This document shows, one piece after another, positions 26,401 through 38,562 of a stretch of DNA of 64,000 nt. The stretch is taken from the NCBI GenBank assembly GCA_973895155.1, contig OZ316894.1, forward strand, positions 16,662,216 to 16,726,215, written 5' to 3'. The notes under the pieces are model-generated. The model was not told the DNA's origin, ran no database searches, and was given only the letters and a program-made list of their open reading frames with translations. The stretch's first letter is position 1. Every line of letters starts with the position of its first letter. This DNA comes from Marsupella aquatica. Its lineage: Eukaryota; Plantae; Marchantiophyta. The translations under genes and the position numbers were made by a program.

Positions 26401-28271
26401 GAACAGCTTGAAAGAAATCATCCAAATCTGTCTCTATATTGTGGGTGCTAGATAACTTCCCTGAAAAAGGAATAGCTGTTTCCTCGTTATGGAGATGGGA
26501 TCGGTCTGCTGTATTAGAGGCAGGCTGGAAGAAGTCATTGAAATGATCTCCTACAGTGTGGCCAGCGGATACCTGTCGTAAGAAGGAATTAGGCGTTCGC
26601 ACCTTCGGATCCAGGGACTGATCTCCTGACGTAGGGTGAGAGGCTTGAAAGAAATCATGAAAACCCGTTCCTACGCTCGGGCCAGGTAATTCCTTCGAAA
26701 AGCTAGGACCAGCTGTGTTTGCGAATTGCTCCCCGCCCGGGTGGTCGGCAGAATTAGGCGCGGATGGAAAGAAGAAGTTAGAATCCGCTTCAACAGAGTG
26801 AGAAAGGGATTGGTCCGCAGAAATCGCAGCGACTGCGAAAAAGTCAGCGTCACTCGGCGACAGCGTTTGGCCACCTGTTTGGTTTGCTGAATAGATCTGG
26901 AGAAACACAGAACCATACGGCACACAGCGTCACGTAGCATATTCGATTTTTCGCGACCATTCCCAAGCACAGCGCATCGAAATTGCAATTCGACGAGAAT
27001 CAATGAGGGTGCGAACCGCTAGTGGCTTGGTTATCCATGGTGACCATGGTACCATCGAAATTCGCCACCCAAAAAAGAAAAAACATGATCGAGAACAGTA
27101 GATTTCTACTTACAGCAGCAGAGTGGTCGGCTTGTGCCAATTCCTTGGGATCCCCACCAGAATCCCCTGCAATCTGTTGACTCCAAGCATGTAACCCGAA
27201 ATCATCTGTATCCGAAGATCCCCAGATATATTCCTCGTCTTCTTCCTCTTTCACGGGCTTACTGCTCAAACTGTGCTCTGGAGGAGGAACGTTAGACTCA
27301 CTAGCGTCATTAACAATTGCCTTGCTGTGTTCACCTCCCTGTAAATTTCTCTCGTCCGTTACGACTCCAAGCCTGGGCGTCGATGGTGGTTGCTGCTGAC
27401 TGTATCCATTCGCAATCGCTTTCGTTCCAGAGCTAGTCGGCTGTAGCTCCAGCTCAATGTCATCCGAAGATGTATCGTGAGGATCCTCCTGCCAACTCCC
27501 GGGACATCACTTTCATTGAATCCCTGTCCAGCAGAAGTTTTTGTCGAGCTTCTGTGATTTGCGACAGGTCTTATTACCTTGCCTACATGAATATCATTTA
27601 GAGAAAAATTTGCCAGGCACAAAAGACCAGAAGGGATATTGGAACCATAGAACCAAATCACACTTAAATTTCATGGCCTCCGTGACCCGCCTACTTATGC
27701 CATAATATCTGCTGCTGGATTAAAGTAGGCCCATCACCGACGCATTTAGGAAAGTTCATGCACTGGACACTCACAAAAGTACACCGAAACAAACCTGAAC
27801 GACCAAATGACCTGATTGAGGGACCCCGACAAGACAGCGAAGAAAACCTGGCAGATTTTAGGGTAAAATTAACCGGCACTCGTTCTCAGACAATGCGCAC
27901 GAACTATCTATTGAATCGAGAGTACAGAAGTAAAATGCGAGGGACTGAGAGGTAGAGCTCACCAGATGAACAGATTCGTAAAAGAGCTTCTTCGCCAGAG
28001 ACTTCCCGAAACCGAACGGTTCTCGCCTGGTTCCCACACCCGATGGTAACGGACTTCCACAGGCTAGACAGATCTTCGTCGAGCCTTCCACCAGCGGAGC
28101 TTTACAGTGAGCGCACCGGGATTTCGTGCCCGGAGAATGCGAGGCCATCCATTCGTCCATGGTTTCCATGGCGGCAAGATTTTCCGGATCTGCCGTAGGA
28201 GAAAACGATGAGACGAGTTCGGTGGCCGCTGCAATATGCCCCGCAACTCGACTCATGAAGGCCTCGTCCAT
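23475..28271 (-). CDS. Large acidic low-complexity protein: N-terminal CxxC-CxxC module, ~20 DFxDFF-like repeats and a C-terminal DLSDLTFRL motif (resembles the plant At4g20720/DUF7815-type family); 4 exons, ~1043 aa
   Basis: Exons (minus) 28271-27963, 27488-27114, 26896-24660, 23685-23475 are phase-consistent with GT-AG borders. Exon 3 is the 787-aa ORF. RCAHCKAPL..ICLACG and MPKDLSDLTFRLADHLVI recall the conserved ends of that family (from memory, not searched). Confidence 0.8.
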
Positions 28272-29169
28272 CGTGCCTACAACTACAGTCAATCTTCTCG
28301 TCCGCAAGCGGTCGATCGATGAATTGATCAATTAGATCGGCGCGTTTACCCTATCTCCCAACGCTTTCAAGAAAGGTTCTACAACGACGGTTACGAGCCC
28401 TTCGGCGTGCTGCTGCAACTCGAGCCAGCCCTCGCAGACTGCCTCTTTGAAAGTGGCGCTTTAGACATCCCGAGCCGAGCCGAGCCAAGCCAAGCCAACA
28501 CTCCCAGAAAGGTAATCAGGACATCACAAAGAAACTGATTCGCACCATTCTTGGATCTCCAGCATCCCTCGTTATCATGCCTTCGCGCCCAGACCGACTC
28601 ATCGAAAGAGACGGCATCGACACAGCATCGGCGGAGCACGGGGCCACTCCATCACACCATCGACATCAGGGCATCCGCGGCAGAAGGTCGGTGAATCAAA
28701 ACGTCGACATACCACAAGAGCGTCGTGCGATCTGCGAACAGCACAAAATTGCACGAACTAAAGGGAGGGAAAGAAGGAACGGTAGAAAGAGGAGCCACAG
28801 AAGTGGAAGCCAGAAGGGATCTGTTATGATCGACTATAATGATTGTGGCATCAGCTGAGCACGCCCTTGCTTGCTTCCTTGATTGATTGACGGATTAATT
28901 GAAGGAAAGTCGAATTCGTGAACTTGAGGACGCGACGAAATGGTCACAGAAAGTGAATTCGCGTCGACCGCACAACCAACCTGTCCGGCTCTGCCCTGCC
29001 CTGTCCTGCCTGGGGTGCGTTACGCTTGTGCTAGGTAGAACGCAGACACTGTTTTTCCTCGACAAGAAAGTGCTCTCTCTAGCGTTTTTAATAGTGCGAA
29101 AACGTATGTGGCCAAAACTATAGCTTAAGTGCTAACAGTAAGTTATGGGTCAACAATATTGATTGTGGA

Positions 29170-29459
29170 TCTTACTATAAAAGATCCAACTCAAGATCTA
29201 ACTCAAGCCTAGTCTCAAGGGCCTAGGTCTAGAGTGAAGCTAAAACTCACAAAACTTAATGTGGTTCAATACGAGGTCAGAATTTTAAATGAAAATGGAC
29301 AAAAGTGACATTAACTCTAAAAAGACAAAACTGAAATTAGTATGGACAATGAACAAGGATGGGGCAAAGACTAACCAAAATAACATATAAATATTATTGT
29401 GCAATATTTTTTTATTTTTCTTCATCTATATAAGTTCAAGGAAGGGGTCATGGGGCTAG
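29170..29459 (+). mobile_element. Non-autonomous Helitron-like element
   Basis: 5' end A|TCTTACTATAAAA and 3' end GTTCAAGGAAGGGGTCATGGGGCTAG|T. Internal CTAGGTCTAGAGTGAAGCT is shared with the 57665 copy in reverse orientation. Confidence 0.7.
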
Positions 29460-30004
29460 TGTGAGTTGGCAGTTGGGGCTTTGAGCTTGATGTGCCTATG
29501 CATAATGCATTGAGGAGATTGCAAGAAAGAAAGGTTAGGGGACATAAAATTGAGACTGAGGTTAGGCGGTAACCTTGCCTCATGGTGCAGTTCAATGCTG
29601 TCTCATCTTTTTTGGATTGATGTATCAGATGGATTAATAGAACTTGATGAACACAACCAGGCATTAAGTTTTACTCCCATCACATTATATATGATATCTC
29701 TAGCAAGGTCAGGTGGAAAATACTCCCTAGTTTGTTATTTATTATTCTAAAATGTATATCCTTTCATTTGGAAATTTTGCTTCACCCAACCATTACCCCT
29801 GGCACCTGGTCCTTGTCACTCCAGGGCTTGCAGGGGACATTGCACTTCATAGGGCCCTTTCCTCAATCACCAGCTGATTTCCCTGAACACTTGATCAGAA
29901 TACAGCCTATTTCTCCTATTTTCTTACACTATGGTTTGACTGTATCTTGTGTCCAAGTCCCATTAGCCCACCCTATCCAAAAAGAAAGAACCTAAAATAT
30001 GGAG

Positions 30005-30766
30005 CGGCCATCCCACTGTCCAGAACCAACTTTTGTGTCTACTAGTCTCATTACCAGTTCTTTGAACATGAATAGAATAGAAGAGAGGACAATAAAAATA
30101 TTCTTTGTTAAACTTTACATTCTTTGAAAGTTAATGAAATGATAAACAAACCATCTATGTAATCATTTTAATAAGCATACATAGTACATCCTACTCTTAT
30201 TTATAGACATCCCTCTCTATATGTACATATGTTATTGTGAGGCCATAGAACCCATTTTTTAAAGGAAAATTTATCATTTAACATATATTATAATTATCTA
30301 TATTCTCTAAAATTATCATTTAACATATATCATAGTCATGAGTTTTCATATCCACATGATGAGCCATGAAGTTAATGTCTAGAGATTTTGCCCTAAAACC
30401 CTAAGCTCCCACTCTAGCTTGTAGTTGATGTTTTATAAATAAGATGAGGACTTTTTATTTTGCCCTTGTGCCATTCTGTAGAATAAGAATTAATCTTTCG
30501 CGAAGCAAGATGTCACTACTAAACATTAGAGTGACATCCGAGTCTCAAGAACCGACTTTTGTGTATGTGGGGGATTTTCTTTTACCCGTGCCCCATTCTC
30601 TGGATTAAGAGTTAATCTTTCGCGATCAAGATGTCATTACTAAAAACTTAGGGTGCCATCCGCGTCTCCAGAACCGCCTTTTGTGTCTATGGGGGATTCG
30701 CTTTCCCATTGAGCCATTTTATGGAAAACGAATTACTTAATGTTTTGCGAAGCTAGATGTCACTAC
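30005..30766. repeat. ~120-bp tandem repeat (~3.5 units) upstream of SUN copy A; first unit interrupted by a Helitron
   Basis: Units at ~30005-30041 plus 30445-30470, 30471-30590, 30591-30712 and partial 30714-30766. They share TTAATCTTTCGCGA..AAGATGTCA.TAC and CCAGAACC..CTTTTGTGT. Confidence 0.85.
30042..30444 (-). mobile_element. Non-autonomous Helitron-like element inserted into a tandem-repeat unit
   Basis: Boundaries A|CTAG ... TTTTATAAATAAGA|T. Removing it restores TTTTGTGTCTA-TGAGGA, which matches the uninterrupted unit TTTTGTGTCTATGGGGGA at ~30679. No TSD. Homologous to 57665-58013. Confidence 0.8.
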
Positions 30767-31483
30767 GGGAATAGGACAGCTGGATGTCCCGTTGTAGTGT
30801 TGGTGCAGTAGCGTCACGTCTCGTTGTGACTTGTGAGCTCTCTAGTAGTATTCTCTCGCTCAGTTTTTCAGAGCTTTCGTTTCATCGGTCTTTTCGTTTG
30901 CAGCTACAACAGTATGTGAAGGATTTTGGCGAAAGGTCCGCGCGGCAATCTGAGCTGTACCAATTAACACTCGACTCTGTCTCCGTTCAAGTCGCTTTCA
31001 ACCAGGTCGAAGCATTTTCTCAAACTCCAGCGAAGAAATCTGAGCTCGGTCTACAGAACTGTGTGTCGGGTTCGTTCGCTACTGTGTTAGGTTAAAGCAT
31101 TTTGAGGAAGAAAGACGAGCGCTCTGTGTCTGCGGGCGGGCTTTTCGAGCATTCAGTGATCTTTGAGCTCGGTGATCTTTGAATTGGAGGTACTACAATT
31201 TATGCGAAGATGGCTCCTGCAGTTCACTTGAATGTATCTGCCGCAATCGAGACTCCTTGTTATCATAGTGTAACTAGCAACTGATAAGAATTAAGAATCC
31301 CGCCCAGTTTCTTCCCTGGTGTAGTGCGATTTCTCCCTGCGGACAAGGTCCCTGGGACAGACGACTCTTTTGTCAAGGAAGAGCCCTCACTTCGCTCGGG
31401 AGTTTTAGAGAATTCTGTCCGATTAGGGTTCTGGAGAGGGGACAGACTTAAGCCCCGGCTGTGGGGTTTATAGTGATTACAGC

Positions 31484-33790
31484 ATGTCCGCAGTTTCAGC
31501 TTCGGCAGCGATCGCGGCGAAACCAGCAGGAGCAGCAGCAGGTCAAGGAGTCCAATCGACCAGAAAGCGAAGCGTTGCCACCCCTAAGCACGCAGCAGCA
31601 GCGGATGCCGCTGCGACGCCGGGGAGGGGTCGAGATGTAGCAACGTCTTCGGCGAATGGCGATGCGGAAGTAGCTCTGCTGAGCCACCCGAGAGACTTGA
31701 GCAACGCCCTGCGTACGGGACAGGATGAGGCTGCCGGGCAGCATCAACCAACAGCCAAGCACAAGAAAACTGTAGTGCTGCCCAGCAGCAAAGGATCGCC
31801 ATTGAAGTACAAGTCGGTGAGGCACAGAGAGGCCCACATTACAGTGCGGAGGAAGCCGAGCTCCTTCTGGGATCTGACGGGTCACTTTTTCTCGCGCTTT
31901 TTCCTGATTTTCGTTATAGGGGCAGGACTTGGGACTTCTTGGTGGACCTGGAGAACACGTCCTCAACTCCCAAACCCTAGTCATGGAATAAGTAATGAGG
32001 TTGAGAAACTTGAAGAGTTTGTGGCAAAGACCACGAAATGGATGCAGGTCCAGCTGGATGCTGTAGACACGAAAATAGGGCACGAAGTTGGAGTTCTCAA
32101 GAGGGACTTTCACAAAGAGCTCGGCTCGCACCAGCTTGATGTTGACACAGAGTTGAAGAATTTGAAGGAGAAATTGGGGACACTCGGAGCCACTGTGGAT
32201 ACTTTGTTCAACGAGGGGGGAGCCATCACGCAGAAGGAAGCTCTCGAGCTCATCAAGGAGGTGGTGGACAAAAGGGCAGCCGAGGGGAAAGGCACAGCTC
32301 TTAGTCTGGACGATGTTAGGACAGCTGCTAGACAGGTTGTTCTTCGAGAACTAGAGCGGCACTCAGCAGACGGTATTGGGCGAGTGGACTATGCTATTGG
32401 GAGTGGGGGTGGCAGAGTGATTGCCCATTCAGAGGGGTATTATGTTGGCACTGGAGGTGATTGGCATTGGCCGAACCTTTTGGGTGGTTCCAATCGACTT
32501 CATGCTTTTGCGGAGAAGATTCTTCAGCCGAGTTTCGGAGAACCAGGACAATGCCTGCCTTTGAAGGGAAACAATGTCTGGGTAGACATTGCTCTGAGGA
32601 CTACCATTCGTCCAGATGCCATTACACTTGAGCACGTCTCCAAGGTATAAATTTACTTGCCAGAATTGTGACTCGACCGACAACTGTTTGTGAAGATGGT
32701 TTCCCGTAGTAGCTATGTTACCTGGTGCATGAGTCTTTTCACCCAAATAGTGCTGCCTTGTTCTTCTTTTGTTTCGATTATATAACCGTCCTAATCTTCG
32801 AAGTCCACGGCCTTATGAAGGATGTTGCTCTGCATGGGCGGACAAACGTTACAGTCGAAGAAATTAGATTTTCGTCTCTCACCAGCTTCTTCATTGCCTT
32901 CAGAGTTCCGTATTTTGATCCCAAGTTTTTGTACAAGGAGAAGGTTGCGAACTGTATTGGGGCAATTCCATAGACTGCATCTTTAGCAGCTCCTTTGTGC
33001 TTAGTTCGTAGTAAGCCAATGGTCATCCGGGCAATAGTGGGAATTATTGGCTTTCTCTACATGAAGTGCCCGGAGGATGGGGTCAGTTCGTTGTGAGTGT
33101 CTGAACGTGTGAATGAGGTCCAATTCAGATTTTTGTGAACACTTTTTCCAGCTTTTTTTGTTGTCACATGCCCTGATCGGCCCCGGCTAATGTACACTGT
33201 TCAGAAGAGGGAGAATTTTCAGATATTACTTAATTACTTAGAACTATCGGGGAATTTTCTGTTTTCTGGAAGTATTGGCTTTTCCCTTTGCTATGAAATT
33301 TGGACATTTGCTGGGAACGTGCTCGAGCCAGTGAAGCGTGGATCTTTGAGTTTCTTGAGCTCGATGGTGAATAAGTAGCTTGTTAAAAATTTGAGTAATT
33401 CTCTTCATGAATTGACAGTTGTATCATCCAGTATGAAACTGATCTCTTGATGACCGAATTGTACAGGACAATGCGTACGATGTTTCCAGTGCCCCAAAGG
33501 AGTTTCGACTGTTTGGATGGCGTGAAGCCCGAGGGCACAAAGATGTGGTGCGAAATCCTGTGACTATGATATCAATCGGAGAGTTTACGTACGACACTGA
33601 GAAGGCCAGTAATGTGCAGACGTTCTCTCTTGCTGAGGAGGATGTTGCTGGTGCACTAATAAACATGATACGACTCCATGTTTTGTCTAATTATGGTAGT
33701 CCTACTCACACATGTATCTATCGCGTCCGTATGCATGGGTTTGACCCTGCACTTAGTCTAGCTCCAAGACTTGCAGAAGATCCTCTTTGA
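31484..33790 (+). CDS. SUN: C-terminal SUN-domain inner nuclear membrane protein (LINC complex), copy A; 2 exons, ~494 aa
   Basis: Exons 31484-32644 and 33467-33790. Basic N-terminus, TM segment (FFLIFVIGAGLG), coiled coil, then HSADGIGRVDYA.GSGG, PSFGEPGQCLPL, ITLEHVSK, SSAPKEF, GEFTYD, SNYGSPTHTCIYRVRMHG. Confidence 0.95.
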
Positions 33791-36700
33791 GTTTCTGCAA
33801 CCGGCAGCTTGAGCCTGTATTTTTTGCTAGTTTAATGCTGGCTGAAGGTTGTGCCGAGACCAAGGTTGTGTAACCTATCTGTGTCGCTCTACATCTGAGA
33901 TTAATTGAAGAGTTTTTCCTGCCAAGTTGTTCACACTCACAAAATGTCCAACGACAAAATGTCCCACTTGTTGACTGACAGTACGGACTTACCTTGAGAA
34001 ACCCCTAAAAGAAAATGTCTGCAATGGGATTAATAGCAATTTGTTTCTTAGAGTTAGGACAGAGAGGTTTCTAGAGCGGTTACACCGCACGAATTGATAT
34101 CACAAAAGGCTTGCTCTTGCATAGTCCGGGATGAAGCGAGAGTACTCTCAATTTCAATCACTACCCGTGTGCATATTTTTGGATCGAGGGCAAATGGAAG
34201 AGTTTTCACTTGAACCGAGAATTTATTCGTGAGTGCAACCAGGAAATAGGCTCCACTTTCAGCCGTCTCCTTTCCATTTCATTATATACGTGAATTGTTT
34301 CGCTCCCCCTTTTTCACGTTGTCTTTGTTTTCAAGTCTCGTTCCTTGAATGGAGGCTAACATCAGATTAACAAGAACGAGAGATTGGTTTTAGTAAAGCA
34401 ACGAATTGAAGTTTGCTTTTAGATGCCGTTATTGTATTTTGTTGTATATTATTTCGAGCCAAGTTCGAATGCTCCTAAAGGTTTGAATGCAGAGACGAAT
34501 TGCTCCACCTCTTTGGGTTCGCAAGATCCACCACTGGCAGCCCTGTTTGCTCAAGATGCCTCACCATCGTATTTCTGGGTGGTCTGATGCCAAGACGTGT
34601 CTCTTTAGTGTTCTTTATTGTCGAGTTCCAAGAATTTTCCTGTCTCTGGCCTCACTGGAGATACTGGACAACAGAATTACTCGACTATTTGGCTTGAAAG
34701 AAAAGATATTTGGAACTGAGTCGAGCAGCATGGTGCTACTATCAGGGTGACTTGATTTTTGCTCCTATTAGATTAGTCTTTTGTTGCATCATACGGAAGT
34801 CGATACTAAGGAAGGCTGATATTCTGAATATCTAGGATTCAATTCAATCAATTGGCCTAGTGCCTGAGCTGCAACAGCATAAAAGGTTGAATGCACGAGG
34901 CAGAGTTTGGGTGGAACTAAGCGACCTGTACAAGGAAATGAACTGCCGTCTGACGATTGCAGTTGAGTGCACTTGCCCGTAGCATTTCATTCTTCAACTG
35001 CTGGACCCCTTTTGTTGTACGTTTTGTTACAAACAAGTTAAGAAGAGAGCTCCTTATTACGACACTATCTGGATCCCTGTTTGCAACTTCACGCCTGATG
35101 TTGCCTGCGAGAGTTGAGCACTTCGTGGCAGGTCGAACAGGAGTGGAAAACATGTCTATGACTTCACCTCTTGTGCTTCACACCATCCGAAAACTCGAAG
35201 AAGAGAGCTATTACAGGTCAGCTGTAAAGAGTTTTTATGGTCTCATGAGGCAACGAACATGTGCTTCGTTTGTCCATTCATTCGAATTAGTTATCCCAGG
35301 CACCATTTAAGTCGACTGATTGGAAGAAGCTATTTTTTAACAGAGCTACAGTTTGTGTGCTGGACAATTGATGTCTCAAGAAATATTACCTTGACTATAT
35401 ATGGATGCGGGAATTCTGTGTGTACATGAAGCTAAAGAAAAGACGGGAGAATTGCTGCGATTCTTTTAAGGGGCTGAAACTTGCGTAAGTACACCCTTAT
35501 TTTCTTATTTGCCTAGAATGACTTTTTTCTTTTTTGCCTAGAATGAATTGTCTATAAACCTCAAAGGGGGATCCAGAAGAGGGGCACACCCAGAGCCGGC
35601 CACCTAAACTAAGGTAACACTGGGACCAATCACGTTTAGAGGTACAAACCATGGTGGCCGAAAACAACAGTATGAGGGGAAAGAGTCTCCAACCACATAC
35701 GATCTTGAACCGGGGAAGAATCTGACAAGATCTAACTTGGGTTCAGGCAGGGACTGAGTATGTTGATACTTATTCAGGGAAAAGCGAAGTTTGGGACTAA
35801 GCACACTTTTATGTTCTGTGTGTTCGAGTTTGGAAGACTAGGCTTTTTGTCATGGAATACTTCCAGGGCTTCCTACAGTGTTTGAAAGTGGGCTTCAATC
35901 AAGAGATCACCATTTCGCACGCTTTACTGATACTTTCATCCATATAGGTATTGATCCATAGATGAAGTCTTCGAAAGTTGTTTTCACTGTTGCTATTGAA
36001 ATCATCAGAAAGATTCAATTTCCTGACCAGTTACATGCTTGCCTCATCCTTGTCTCACGGTCATGGGACGTTTGTTCTCATAGATGTTGAGTTCGAATCC
36101 AACACTCTTTTTTTTGCTCTACTGCAGTCTCCGTGAAACTTGGTGGTGCTCTTTCCAGCCTTGGTATCCCATCTGCAAATAGACAATACAATTTCATATA
36201 TATGCCAATAGGAAGGTCTTAGTTCAGCTATGTATAGGTGGAATCATTTATGTCATGTTAAATCTACGTGTGTTCCAAATTCACTTAACATTGCTACGCG
36301 TCATACAAGGGTCGAGAGCTTGGCGAGAATTGGGACAGAGAAGAACACACCCATCTTAAGAACTGAAGATGTTTTCATATTCTCGATTCTAGTGTCAGCT
36401 CGTCGTATCCGGTGAATTTTGCTGTCTACAATTCATTTGCAATTTTGATTTGAGGATTCAATCAAACAAACTTGCCTCTTCCAGTTTGTAGGATTCCATC
36501 GGGTTAAGATCAGCCTAGTCCTAAATTCTTTTCAGGCTGAACGATCTCTTCGATCGTCGTAGTGTGCCTTCAAGGGATTTCCTTTCTGCAAATGTGCCAT
36601 TCCCTGCTTCGTGGCTCCTCTCTCTGGCGATATCCGTAGAGGCCATAGCCTGCATTGTGAGATGACTGAAATCAGAATTCAAGCTGACATGAAGTGCCTA

Positions 36701-38562
36701 AACTGCCAATCCTTTGCAATCTTTTGAAGCATCTCAGTCCGTGAAGTTTCTGCCTTGGTGTGCATTGGCCTCCCAAATCACATGAAAGTAACCCCAAATT
36801 GCTCACTTCCTGAAATTTAAACTCATCCAAGAAAACGCCCGCGATGCGAGCGCGACTAGCAATGCAACGGGAGAGCAATGAAGGAAACGCACACTCGTCC
36901 ATGGTGAAGGCAAATTGATGGAAGCCGGTTACAGAACGCGCGACCTCTCCTATTCAATCCAGCCAACCCTCCTCCCTTTACCCCTTCTGCTTCAGACATA
37001 AGGACAACAAAACAAACTGGATGAGATTTTACCATCGCCTGATTTCTATGCTCCAGAATGAGTTGACGGTGAGCTGGATGGTTGGTGAGAGACGGAGTGG
37101 GGAAGGAAAGGCGAGCTCTCAAAAGGGAGAGCATTGTGCTCTCCATAGCCCGGTCGAATTTCAAATGAGAAATGCTCGTGACCTGACTGTCCACTCCTTT
37201 AGGCTTGGGAGAAACTCATGTCTGTCCAACGAGTACAGCACCGTACCTATGTTATTCTTCAGCAAGTTCCTTCACAACAACGGCCTCCCCACCTGTCTGA
37301 TTCAAAGTCACAACCGTGAGCCTCGTCATAATCTATCAGTGAAATATCAACGGCGGGAATGTGCGCGGGGTACTGACTACTCCAAAGTTCAAAATAGTAC
37401 CACGTATGCGAGCAGGTCGTCGATCAGCGAGGAAGAGGCAGGAAGAGGCAGGAGGAAGAGGCAGGAAGAGGCAGAATGTCATACAGTTCCTGTCTCTTCT
37501 TGCCATTTACATTCGTGATCGTCTGCATTCATTGATCCGAAACCTTGCGAGATGGAGCCTCCGGATCCGAAGCCAAGATCAGCGGACGAAACAAGCAAGG
37601 AATTTGAGCGGACGTTACAGTGTGTTTGGTGATTCTCAGGACGTCTGGAAGTTAGTCTATTGGGCGATGGCCTGGAGCTCCTGGGAGAAGAGGTGATTTG
37701 AACCTCAGCGGATTAGTTGCATTCTTCAAGGCCTTTGCAAGCCTTGTCGATCAGAGTCCTATGTCGGTGGTATGTGCTTCTGTCCAATTTCCTCTTGATC
37801 TAGATGTAGATGAGCGTTATCGTGTAACAGATATCGTAGTGTATGATATCATTTACCGATGGCATCAGAGGCGTTTTTACCTTGACGATTGGTAGTCTTT
37901 CGTTCATTTGCTCTTACTGCGTAGCCTTCAACCAGCGAAGAAAGTGCATTGCGTAGGCATTCGAATTGATCTTAGCATTGCATGTCCATCTGTTGAAGAC
38001 AAGATTGCAATATCCAAACTAGAATTACCCCCGTTCTCGGCTCTGTTACAATACTATGAAATCAACACATCAATCATGCGCGTAACTATCAGAATTGGCT
38101 GGTGAAGTCGTTGGTTAAATCTTTTGATGATGCAATGTCATCTGTAGCATAGACATAAAATATTGTAGATAATTAAACCTAGCAGATATAGATGAAGATA
38201 CCACACAAGCGAGCAGTAGTCTGGACGAAAGGGCCGTTGCATTGCCACTCTCTGCCTACCTTTCATCCTAAGTCGATTCTGGGCACAGAGTCATGTAAGG
38301 CCGGCTATAAATGATTTCAGGGAGAATTTAATGAACCATACCACTTTCTGAGAGACATTTGCATGTCTCGTGCAGGTCTGGTCATCGGTGAAATTTGTGA
38401 CAATTGGAAGAAGGGGATGGTCATGCCACAGTGTTGCATCAATCTTACTTTGTTACACGAAAGGGATGTTTCAAAAGAAGCACGTTAGGTGAGGAGAGAT
38501 TTGGTCTTCTTAGGGTTGTAAAGAGGGATTTTGCGGGCAGATTGTTTGTTGGTGATCGCAGC

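Noticed and set aside
31496-32131. 211-aa antisense ORF, and similar ones at 38445-38768 and 39027-39341
   Set aside because: These are shadows of the SUN coding strand.
35860-37200. Possible minus-strand gene between the SUN paralogs
   Set aside because: Some splice-like signals are present, but I could not build a stop-free, phase-consistent exon chain.
38404-38562. N-terminal extension of SUN copy B in the ORF track
   Set aside because: It starts at TTG. Homology with copy A begins at the ATG at 38563.
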